Below the pieces are notes generated by a model that was not told where the DNA came from, ran no database searches, and saw only the letters and a program-made list of their open reading frames with translations. The position numbers and the translations under genes were made by a program. Positions 18,483 through 25,869 of a stretch of DNA of 30,664 nucleotides are shown here, in pieces (the stretch's first letter is position 1; each line of letters opens with the position of its first letter). The stretch is from Pseudomonadota bacterium. GTDB taxonomy: Bacteria > Pseudomonadota > Gammaproteobacteria > Burkholderiales > Burkholderiaceae_C. The stretch covers positions 1-30,664 of the forward strand of contig JBEEJP010000003.1 in NCBI GenBank assembly GCA_041169125.1. Direction: 5' to 3'.

Positions 18483-18589
18483 ATGAATCCACTTTTGAGG
18501 GTGGAGGAGACAAGCCCAAATTGTATGCAAATTTTGTTGCGGTGCAACAATTCGCAGACAATCGTGGCAAATATTTTTGGAGAACCTTC

Positions 18590-19039
18590 ATGGAATGCAC
18601 CGTTAGCTGGACAGGTAACTCAGGCACGCGTTCAGGCATGGGCTTTATTGCAGAAACCGGCAGTGGTCACGTGGTGGCTATGGACGGAGCCCCCGATGCA
18701 GTGAAGCCCGAAAACGGGGGGCAAAACTTGGCGCCCCGCCCCATGGAAATGTTGTTGGCGGGGACGGGTGGTTGCACGGCGTATGACGTGGTGCTGATCT
18801 TGAAGCGTGGCCGCCACAACGTGCAGGGCTGCAGCGTGAAGATCGTGAGTGAGCGTGCCACCGAAGACCCCAAGGTGTTCACCAAAATCAACATGCACTT
18901 CACCGTCACAGGCAAAGGTGTGCCTGCCAGTGCGGTAGAGCGTGCCATTGCCATGAGCCACGACAAATACTGCTCGGCCAGCATCATGCTGGGCAAAACG
19001 GCTCAGATCACGACTAGCTTTGAACTGGTCGACGCCTAA
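18590..19039 (+). CDS. OsmC/Ohr family peroxiredoxin-like protein
   Basis: ATG at 18590 has GGAGA 6 nt upstream. 149 aa, with the two conserved Cys contexts GGCTAYDV and DKYCSAS typical of the OsmC family. Confidence 0.85.
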   Translation: MECTVSWTGNSGTRSGMGFIAETGSGHVVAMDGAPDAVKPENGGQNLAPRPMEMLLAGTGGCTAYDVVLILKRGRHNVQGCSVKIVSERATEDPKVFTKINMHFTVTGKGVPASAVERAIAMSHDKYCSASIMLGKTAQITTSFELVDA

Positions 19040-19048
19040 AGCGGCGGC

Positions 19049-19678
19049 TTAGATGCGGTGTGCCACGGTGGTCATCACCTTGGCGGCCACTTGCATCATG
19101 GCTTTGAAAGGCGCAGGCAGTTCCGCGGCCCCTGCGAGTTGCGCATCTTTGGCGTGCTGCGCCTCATCGGTTTTCATTTGCGCCACGATGGCTCTGCTGG
19201 GACCATCGTTCGCGGGCAAACGCCCGAGATGACTGTCCAAGTGCGCCTCGACCTGTCGTTCGGTTTCCACCACAAACCCGAGGCTCATGCGGTCTCCACC
19301 TAGCTTGGCAGCGCCGTAACCAATGGCAAATGCACCGGCATACCAAAGCGGGTTGAGCAGGCTGGTGCGACCACCCAACTCACGCAAACGTTGCTCGCAC
19401 CAAGCCAAGTGATCGGTTTCTTCATTGCATGCTGTGGTCAGGTGTTGGCGCAAGGCGTGGTCGCGCGTGGCGAGAGCTTGTGCGGTGTAAAGCGCTTGTG
19501 CACAAACCTCGCCCACGTGGTTCACACGCATCAAGGCAGCAGCCTCGGTTTTTTCTGCCTCGGTCAGCGGGGCAGATGCGGGTATTTCGGCGACCCATGT
19601 GGGCGTTGGGCGATTGGCGTGGTGGCGGGCGAACACGGTGCGCAAAGCACTGTCGGCGGCTGTCAATAATTGATCCAT
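19049..19678 (-). CDS. coq7: 2-nonaprenyl-3-methyl-6-methoxy-1,4-benzoquinol hydroxylase (di-iron Coq7)
   Basis: It has the Coq7 di-iron motifs [32 protein letters not shown] and DEAQHA. 209 aa. Confidence 0.9.
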   Translation of the reverse strand: MDQLLTAADSALRTVFARHHANRPTPTWVAEIPASAPLTEAEKTEAAALMRVNHVGEVCAQALYTAQALATRDHALRQHLTTACNEETDHLAWCEQRLRELGGRTSLLNPLWYAGAFAIGYGAAKLGGDRMSLGFVVETERQVEAHLDSHLGRLPANDGPSRAIVAQMKTDEAQHAKDAQLAGAAELPAPFKAMMQVAAKVMTTVAHRI

Positions 19679-19930
19679 AAGGCAAGTTTAAGGGCCAAGC
19701 TAGGCCCCTTTTTGTGGGGTGCTAAAAGCTTGTCAAAACCCACAATTTCCAAGGATTTACGCGGGTTTTGCCTAGGGTGTGTTGCATGCCTGCAACGGAA
19801 ATGACGTGTTTTTGACACCAGCCATGGTTTTATCTGGCTGAGTCTGGTTCAATACATCCAACTTCCCGAAAACGGAGGTTGGCCTCTACGAAAAGTAGGG
19901 GCCCCTGTTCAAACCTTGGAGAACCTTGAA

Positions 19931-21043
19931 ATGAAAAAAACCCTCGTTGCATTGGCCGCATTGGCCGCGACTTCTGCTTTCGCACAATCAACAGTCACTT
20001 TGTCTGGCTCGATCAACTACGGTATGCACCGCGGCACTGACGGTGCAACTTCTGTTGGCGGCTTGAAAGGTGACCGCAACCATTTGACATTTGCTGCCGT
20101 TGAAGACATGGGCAACGGCACCAAAGCTGCCGCCACTTTGCAAGCTCGTTATGACTCAGCAGCTTCAGGCGCTGGTTATGTGAACTCTACAACTGGCGTG
20201 ACAAACGACAGCTTGTTTGAGCAAACCAAAGTTTCTCTCAGCAACACTACATACGGTGAAGTCGCTGTGGGCCGTTTTACCAACGCGATTGGTGTTGCAC
20301 CAGTGCACGCTTTGGAAGATTCACGCGCCACAACAGCTAGCCACCAAGCTGCCAACGGCCGTTTGTCTGGCCAATTCCAGTACATGAGCCCTGCATTCGC
20401 TGGTGTTCAGGTTTGGGCTTTGACAGCTAAAGCAACTTCTAACTGCTACATGAGTGCTGGTTCTGGTGCTGGTTATGTCAAGACATATAACTATTGCCAA
20501 AACGATACCGCAGCGAACAGCACTTTGGGTAACAAAGATCTGACAGCAACTGGTTTGAACTACAACAATGGTCCTATCACTGCTCAGTACTACCAGTTGT
20601 CAGACCTCACTGGCGCTAAATCTACCAAGATTGCAGGTGTCTACGATGCGAAGGTTGCTAAGTTCTATGTGAACCAGTTCAACCAAAAAGACGACATCTC
20701 CTTCCGCGCAACCAACGGTGTGATGGGTGCAACTGCTGCTTTCACTACTACTAACGGTATGAAGGCTCACAAAGCAACTGAAATGGCTGTTGCAGTTCCT
20801 TACGGCAAGTTCACTGGTATCTTGGGCAAGTTGTCATTCGACTCTGACTTGACAGCTACTGCAGGTACTGCACCACGCAAAACTGGCTGGGCTGTGTTGT
20901 ATGACATGAGCAAGCGTACGCAATTGCAGTACTACGGTTCTGTCGTCAAGAACGGTACAGCACAAGCTGGTGCCTCTGGTTTGACAAACGGTGCTTTGGC
21001 TACTGGTGCATCTAACTTTGTTGGTATCGAGCACAAGTTCTAA
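19931..21043 (+). CDS. general (OmpC-like, Gram-negative porin family) outer-membrane porin, expressed copy
   Basis: ATG at 19931 has GGAGA at 19918-19922. The signal peptide is MKKTLVALAALAATSAFA-QS, the sequence shows an alternating beta-strand pattern, and the C-terminus is ..FVGIEHKF with a terminal Phe. The track's TTG at 19916 is rejected in favour of this ATG. Confidence 0.9.
   Translation: MKKTLVALAALAATSAFAQSTVTLSGSINYGMHRGTDGATSVGGLKGDRNHLTFAAVEDMGNGTKAAATLQARYDSAASGAGYVNSTTGVTNDSLFEQTKVSLSNTTYGEVAVGRFTNAIGVAPVHALEDSRATTASHQAANGRLSGQFQYMSPAFAGVQVWALTAKATSNCYMSAGSGAGYVKTYNYCQNDTAANSTLGNKDLTATGLNYNNGPITAQYYQLSDLTGAKSTKIAGVYDAKVAKFYVNQFNQKDDISFRATNGVMGATAAFTTTNGMKAHKATEMAVAVPYGKFTGILGKLSFDSDLTATAGTAPRKTGWAVLYDMSKRTQLQYYGSVVKNGTAQAGASGLTNGALATGASNFVGIEHKF
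19939..19959 (+). repeat. left copy of 21-bp direct repeat AACCCTCGTTGCATTGGCCGC (candidate attL core)
   Basis: It is a perfect match to 28079-28099. It lies in codons 3-10 of the porin signal peptide. Identity with the right copy breaks immediately on the 5' side (aaaaa versus tgtat). Confidence 0.65.
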
Positions 21044-21087
21044 TCCCCCCGCTGGCTTAGCCAGTTAAGGATTTAAAAGACTTAAAG

Positions 21088-21115
21088 CCCGCTACGGCAA
21101 CGTGGCGGGTTTTTT
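21088..21115 (+). terminator. rho-independent terminator of porin copy 1
   Basis: CCCGCTAC-ggcaac-GTGGCGGG forms an 8-bp stem with one G-U pair, followed by TTTTTT. Confidence 0.8.
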
Positions 21116-21154
21116 CTTTGTCTGTTCTGATCGGAACAATGGACGATTACACAC

Positions 21155-21173
21155 TGTCGTGGGAAACACGACA
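21155..21173. repeat. palindrome TGTCGTG-ggaaa-CACGACA (copy A)
   Basis: It has 7-bp perfect arms identical to those of the palindrome at 26591-26609. It lies about 20 nt beyond the stop of the minus-strand gene 21197-21640, at the left edge of the AT-rich cargo. Confidence 0.6.
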
Positions 21174-21196
21174 CAGCAGCATCAGTATTTCAGCAA

Positions 21197-21640
21197 CTAA
21201 GCAGGCTGCGGTTTATTTACTTTCAATAAGTTCTGTTGAGCTTTCGCAACTGACTGTTGGGCTCGTAGTTGTTTAGCTTGTTGATTGAGTTGCTTTGCAC
21301 GGTCTGACAGCGCCTTCACTTGTGCCTGCTGTGGGTTTAAGGGCTTCGCGGTCTCTGAGACTGGCGAGAACGACATACAAGCGCTAGTTCCATCGCGGGA
21401 TAGTGCCGGTTCTGGATTGCTACGGCAACGCTCTTGCGCACTTCGCACAGCGGACTCACGCACGGTTTCGGACACGCTGACTACATTACCTTGACCGTAT
21501 ATGCGCAAGAGCAATGCCCGAGCCTGTGCCAAGCTGTCTGCAGCTATGCTGGTTGTCGCAGTGAGTGCGAGGTCAGACAAATGAACTCTGACTACGGCGC
21601 GGTATGTGTGCAAGGGCTGTATGACTTCTGTGATTTTCAT
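21197..21640 (-). CDS. hypothetical protein (147 aa): small N-terminal domain, linker, Gln/Ala/Lys-rich C-terminal helix
   Basis: It is a long open frame in AT-rich DNA, where stops are frequent. The C-terminus LNPQQAQVKALSDRAKQLNQQAKQLRAQQSVAKAQQNLLK looks like a coiled coil. There is no clear SD before the ATG at 21640, and no family was recognised. Confidence 0.55.
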   Translation of the reverse strand: MKITEVIQPLHTYRAVVRVHLSDLALTATTSIAADSLAQARALLLRIYGQGNVVSVSETVRESAVRSAQERCRSNPEPALSRDGTSACMSFSPVSETAKPLNPQQAQVKALSDRAKQLNQQAKQLRAQQSVAKAQQNLLKVNKPQPA

Positions 21641-21730
21641 AGAATTATTTAGTGCGCCTTAGAACTGCACACTCAAACGGCGCCCTTCGCAGCATTTGGT
21701 CTGCGTGCGGGCACCGAATCTCTAACGAGA

Positions 21731-22174
21731 TTACTTCTTGAACTTTGCACGGACTAACTCACTTGCAGCTTGGATTTGCGAATCAAGCTCCCCTGCATTG
21801 ATCGCTTGCTCTAACTTCTTAAAGACAACAATCATTTCGTCAGCATCACTGACCTCAATGCTGTTCTTGTCACCCTTTGCTGTGAGTGGCACAACCTTAG
21901 AGCCGTAGCGCAGTTGAACGCAGACTTTGCCACCGTTAAAGAACCACCACTCTTTGACTTTCGTTGCGACTTCAATGACTTGACTCACCCCCGATTCATC
22001 ACGCACACGACGCAAGCGTCTTGCTGTGAATGTGTCACCAACTTTCAATGCTTCTGCCAATGCGATTTGTTCTCGGACTTTCTGGCACAGCTTGTAGCGA
22101 CGATTGATAACAGGGTCAGTGCCAGCACTTCGCTTCGCACTGACCAACTTCAAAGAACCCAAGATTGAAGACAT
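21731..22174 (-). CDS. hypothetical protein (147 aa)
   Basis: ATG at 22174 has a perfect AAGGAG 6 nt upstream, so the track start at 22204 is rejected. It resembles, from memory only, a roughly 150-aa uncharacterised family common on proteobacterial genomic islands (motifs SAKRS, NRRYKL, VKEWWF..GK.C..LRYG). No function is known. Confidence 0.65.
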   Translation of the reverse strand: MSSILGSLKLVSAKRSAGTDPVINRRYKLCQKVREQIALAEALKVGDTFTARRLRRVRDESGVSQVIEVATKVKEWWFFNGGKVCVQLRYGSKVVPLTAKGDKNSIEVSDADEMIVVFKKLEQAINAGELDSQIQAASELVRAKFKK

Positions 22175-23321
22175 AGAAAACTCCTTTTGTGAAAGTGAGT
22201 TCATTCTTGTCCCACCCTCTGGGTTGTCCTATATCCATCGAGGCAGACCCTTTTGGTTTTTTTCTGGTTTCCTTTGGTTCCGACTAAATAAATGTATCAA
22301 CTGAATGAATAGCAAGCATCGCTTAAAAGTATGCCCATATCCCGTCCTCAGTCGTGTTGTGACGGTCGGAAGTGTGAAGTTCAGCACACCTTTGTAGGAC
22401 TACCCTCGCAAGGATGCCTTAAATGAGCGGTGAATCATCGCAACATTTCCTACATCGGAAAGGTAATGGCTTGGAAACAAGTAAAAAGACTAGTAGATAC
22501 CAAAAAGTTTGTCATAGCATCATTGAACACCTGAGAGATGCTTTAAAAATCGTTGTTGGTCACGGTAAGGAACAGAGCCGAGAGCAAACTTCTAACTAGC
22601 ATTCAAATACGGTCATCATTGGATAGAAATGGACTTCTATCGTTATCAGACGCAAGTGATGCGTGCATTGATGATCCCAACTGGTTGTCACGTGGCGACG
22701 GACAAGGCGAGAGCTAACTACCCCTTTGCTGTCGAAGGGTGGTTATGGCTCTTAACAGTGAGAGGGGAAATCAATAAGTTGTTTATCTTGCATCAGGCAT
22801 CTTTCACATCACTTATTAGAAATAAAGCGCCGAGCAATCAACCGAGCGCAGCGAAGGGTGTTGCGAATGCGCTTAGCGAACTTCAGTTCGCTTCAATAGC
22901 TGAACACACAAACCCTTGATAGAAATGAAATCCCACGCCCATCAATAACCCACTCACCAGAACCACTTAAAAACAACACCTTTCAAGCAGCAACACAAAA
23001 GCCATACTTTTATCTATCCACTGGACTCACATCGTCAGCACTCTCAGCGCAAGAGTTCAAACGATGGCAGACAGAGACTGGCGAAAAGCGTCTGTCCGCG
23101 ATTGATTGGTGTAGGGACAAGCAAACACACGTCCCGCCATTCACATCGTCTTAAATCGCTGGACTGACAAGAAATCAAAGCAAATAGTTCTTAGCTTTGA
23201 TTACGCGGTAACTTGTTGATTCCATTGAGAACGCCACATCCTCCCAAAAAGGATTGGCTTTTTAAATAGCAGGATACAAACTAAATACATCTCATCTATT
23301 TGATTTGTAAGGAACTACTCA

Positions 23322-23921
23322 ATGGCACAAGCAAAAGTTTTGACTGAAAAAGAAATCCGTCGTGTTCTCAAGCATATTGATTCAAAGCGTCACGCAAGTC
23401 GCAATCGCTGTATGTTCTTGCTGACGCACGGGACTGGTATGCGAGTTGGTGAAGTCGCTGCGCTTCGCATTCAAGATGTGCTCTCAGCTGATGGGTCAAT
23501 CAAATCGGAGGTCTATTTGTCTGCTGAGCAAACAAAGGGCAGCAAGGGGCGCACGATTTATCTGTCCGAAAAAATGCGACAAGAAGTGTCGTCATATCTG
23601 CAATCCCGCTTCCGCTTGAAAGACTTGATCGCAGTCACATACACAGACACAAGCCGCGCTCTATTCGCAACGCAGAAAGATTGCCATCGCGGCTTTAGCG
23701 CATCAACTGCTTGCCAGATGTTTCATTATTGGTATCGTGAAGCAAAGGTTGACGGTGCATCAAGTCACAGCGGTCGTCGCGGATTCATTACATCACTTGC
23801 GAACAAGGGCATTTCTGTTCGTGTTCTACAAGAACTCGCGGGACATTCATCTCTGGCAATCACGCAACGCTACATTGATGTGAATCCAGCAATGCTGCAT
23901 CAAGCAGTGGGCTTGCTTTAA
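23322..23921 (+). CDS. short tyrosine recombinase, catalytic domain only (FimB/FimE size class)
   Basis: 199 aa, with AAGGA 8 nt before the ATG. Candidate catalytic residues are R in GMRVGEV, H-x-x-R in SHSGRRGF, H in GHSS and Y in QRYIDV. It has no N-terminal core-binding or arm-binding domain. Its N-terminus, LTEKEIRRVL....ASRNRCMFLL, parallels FimB LTHSEIESLL....AARNYCLTLL (recalled). Confidence 0.85.
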   Translation: MAQAKVLTEKEIRRVLKHIDSKRHASRNRCMFLLTHGTGMRVGEVAALRIQDVLSADGSIKSEVYLSAEQTKGSKGRTIYLSEKMRQEVSSYLQSRFRLKDLIAVTYTDTSRALFATQKDCHRGFSASTACQMFHYWYREAKVDGASSHSGRRGFITSLANKGISVRVLQELAGHSSLAITQRYIDVNPAMLHQAVGLL

Positions 23922-24718
23922 GCCCTTCTCCAACTTGCACCTCGTTGCGTACGCTCAACCCAATCGTGTGTCTCAGTTGATGGAAAAACACCTTCACTGG
24001 CATTGGCGATCAAGTCACGGGCTTTCTCAATGTATTCCGTGACCCTTTGCGACATAAAGAAATGTTTATCCTTGATCACCACATCTGAATCGTTAGGTTT
24101 AACTGTGTTTGTAGGGTCAGCATTCATTGCTTCACCAACCTCATACAGCTTCACATTGGGGTTTTTCTTGCGAAGCTCTTGCTGAACTTCGTAGGCTTTC
24201 AGATAGATGTTGATTGCTGGAGATGACAACTTACTTGATCGCATCTTTGCCTTAGCAGTGCTTTGCTTCCACCTATCAAACTGGCGATAGTGTGGATGGT
24301 GCTTTTTCAATAACTGATTGAACTGGGCTTTCAGGGTAGCGGGTGACACATTCAATGGAACATCAAATCTGATTGTGTTCTCAGGAACCTCTTCTGTTTC
24401 AAGTGGCACAGAGATTCGACGGAAGTTCTTGCCCTCGCAAAACAAGTTAAAGCCAACATCAACCCACCACTCGTCAAATGTGGTGCCTCGCAAGTCTCCA
24501 AAAAACTCATAGGTAGTTCGCAGTTTTTCGCTCTGCCAAACTCCAGTGTCAATCGCATTGGCAAGATATGGGGAGTATTTGAGACAGCGATACCAAGCCT
24601 CATACAGCGTGCCCCTTGCTATCTCTAAAGAATCTGGCACTGCGTGACGCTCAAAGCGCACATCTTCGGGGAAGCCTTTGAAGTAGAACGCGGGCTTAGG
24701 TAGTTGGTCAGATTTCAT
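23918..24718 (-). CDS. hypothetical protein (266 aa)
   Basis: I chose the ATG at 24718 (MKSDQLPKPAFYFKGF..). The 113-codon N-terminal extension in the track overlaps the divergent gene at 24813 and looks non-protein-like. Its stop overlaps the recombinase stop (TTAA at 23918-23921). No family recognised with confidence. Confidence 0.6.
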   Translation of the reverse strand: MKSDQLPKPAFYFKGFPEDVRFERHAVPDSLEIARGTLYEAWYRCLKYSPYLANAIDTGVWQSEKLRTTYEFFGDLRGTTFDEWWVDVGFNLFCEGKNFRRISVPLETEEVPENTIRFDVPLNVSPATLKAQFNQLLKKHHPHYRQFDRWKQSTAKAKMRSSKLSSPAINIYLKAYEVQQELRKKNPNVKLYEVGEAMNADPTNTVKPNDSDVVIKDKHFFMSQRVTEYIEKARDLIANASEGVFPSTETHDWVERTQRGASWRRA

Positions 24719-24812
24719 TTTGCCTAAGTTAAAAGTATTCAAAAAATCGACACTACTTTCACCACAGCAACAAACCTTCATCAACTTCGCTGTGTAAAGA
24801 AAGGATGGACAT

Positions 24813-25814
24813 ATGTCTATTGTGATCGAGCAAGTCGCTGATGCTGCGACAACCCGTGCTAACACTGCTGTGAAGGCTCCCACAAAAAAACAAGCTACTG
24901 TCAAGTTTCCTCGCAAAGCAAAAGTCAAAGTGACTGCCGCTGCAGCAAAAACGCTTGTTCCTACTACTGCGAAATCTGCAGCACCACTGACTGATCTCAA
25001 GTCGATGGAGCAGGCACGCATCAAGTGGGAAACGACAGAACTGGCAGCAGCTAACAATCGTCTCTATTTCATTCTCACGCAAGCCTACAGCTACTACTTG
25101 ACGATGAAAAATGACGTTGCCACTGCTGTTCGCAAAGCGCACTTGGCATCGCTTGATGATTTCATCAAGGAACACGGCTACACGTTTTCTGCCACCTCAC
25201 ACGATATGACTCGTGTGATCAAGTGTGTGTTTGGCGTTGATCGTCGCCGTGTCAGCGCATACAGCATCGCTTTGCGTGAAGCTCTGCGTCAAAACGTCTC
25301 AGCCGCTGACCTGACACAGTTCTTGGAACTGAACGGTGGAGTTGAGCAGATTCGCTTGGGTGGCACTAAACCTCTCACAGCAACTCAGCGCGCGGACAAA
25401 GTCAAAGCTGAAGTCGCAAACACAGAGCTTGGTCATTTCAAGTTCGATCCTGCTGTGTTCGCCGGTGATCCTGACTGGAATGACAAACAAGTCGTGATCG
25501 TTGCAACTTACTTGCCTACTGGTGAGTTCCAAGCTAACGCTGTCGTGCAGCACACAGGTGCAGTCAATGCTGCGTTGTCTGCTTTCTACGCACAACAAAA
25601 CGCAAAGGTTCGCGCAGAGGCTAAGGCTGATCGTGATGCTGAGAAAGAAAACGAGAAATATCTCAAGCAATCAGCAGCAAAGGTTCGTCGTCAGATTCAG
25701 AAAAATAAACCTGCTGCAGAAAAGCGTAAAGCAAAGGCCAAAAAAGAGGAAGCGGAGAAAGCTCGTCGCACCGCTATGGACTCTCGACTCACTGAGTTTT
25801 TCGTCGCAGCCTAA
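24813..25814 (+). CDS. hypothetical protein (333 aa) with Lys/Ala-rich basic N- and C-terminal tails
   Basis: ATG has AAAGGA upstream. The tails are KAPTKKQATVKFPRKAKVKVTAAAAK and KVRRQIQKNKPAAEKRKAKAKKEEAEKARR, flanking a globular core. It appears co-transcribed with the AAA+ gene downstream. No family recognised. Confidence 0.65.
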   Translation: MSIVIEQVADAATTRANTAVKAPTKKQATVKFPRKAKVKVTAAAAKTLVPTTAKSAAPLTDLKSMEQARIKWETTELAAANNRLYFILTQAYSYYLTMKNDVATAVRKAHLASLDDFIKEHGYTFSATSHDMTRVIKCVFGVDRRRVSAYSIALREALRQNVSAADLTQFLELNGGVEQIRLGGTKPLTATQRADKVKAEVANTELGHFKFDPAVFAGDPDWNDKQVVIVATYLPTGEFQANAVVQHTGAVNAALSAFYAQQNAKVRAEAKADRDAEKENEKYLKQSAAKVRRQIQKNKPAAEKRKAKAKKEEAEKARRTAMDSRLTEFFVAA

Positions 25815-25869
25815 GCAACTGTGGGGAGCTTTGTCTCCCCACCTTTAACTCAATATTTTGGAGGTTTAT

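Noticed and set aside
18577-19927. Identical 12-mer TTGGAGAACCTT in the translation-initiation regions of the OsmC-family gene (18577-18588) and porin copy 1 (19916-19927).
   Set aside because: It is probably just similar strong SD contexts. There is no extended similarity around it.
22532-22806. Imperfect inverted repeat TGAGAGATGC (22532-22541) / GCATCTTTCA (22797-22806), considered as fimS-like switch borders. Also the TCATCATTG / CATTGATGA pair around 22613-22675.
   Set aside because: These are 9 of 10 matches with no extension into the flanks. Dozens of such pairs are expected by chance in 1.1 kb, so they are not evidence for an invertible element.
22629-22919. 96-aa ORF in the ORF-poor region of the island.
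   Set aside because: It has no convincing SD, and its ATG is sequestered in a 7-bp hairpin. The translation has no recognisable domain. I left it as part of the unexplained non-coding stretch rather than calling a gene.
22622-22928. 10-mer GATAGAAATG present at both ends of that ORF (about 22622 and about 22919).
   Set aside because: A single shared 10-mer within 1.1 kb of AT-rich DNA is about what chance predicts (expected number near 0.5-1).
23014-23022. DnaA-box-like CTATCCACT in the ORF-poor region.
   Set aside because: It matches TTATCCACA at only 7 of 9 positions and is a single copy. That is insufficient to call an origin.
23918-25057. Full 379-aa version of the minus-strand ORF.
   Set aside because: The first 113 codons overlap the divergent 333-aa gene and read as Ala/Val/Cys-rich nonsense. 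The internal ATG at 24718 gives a sensible divergent arrangement.
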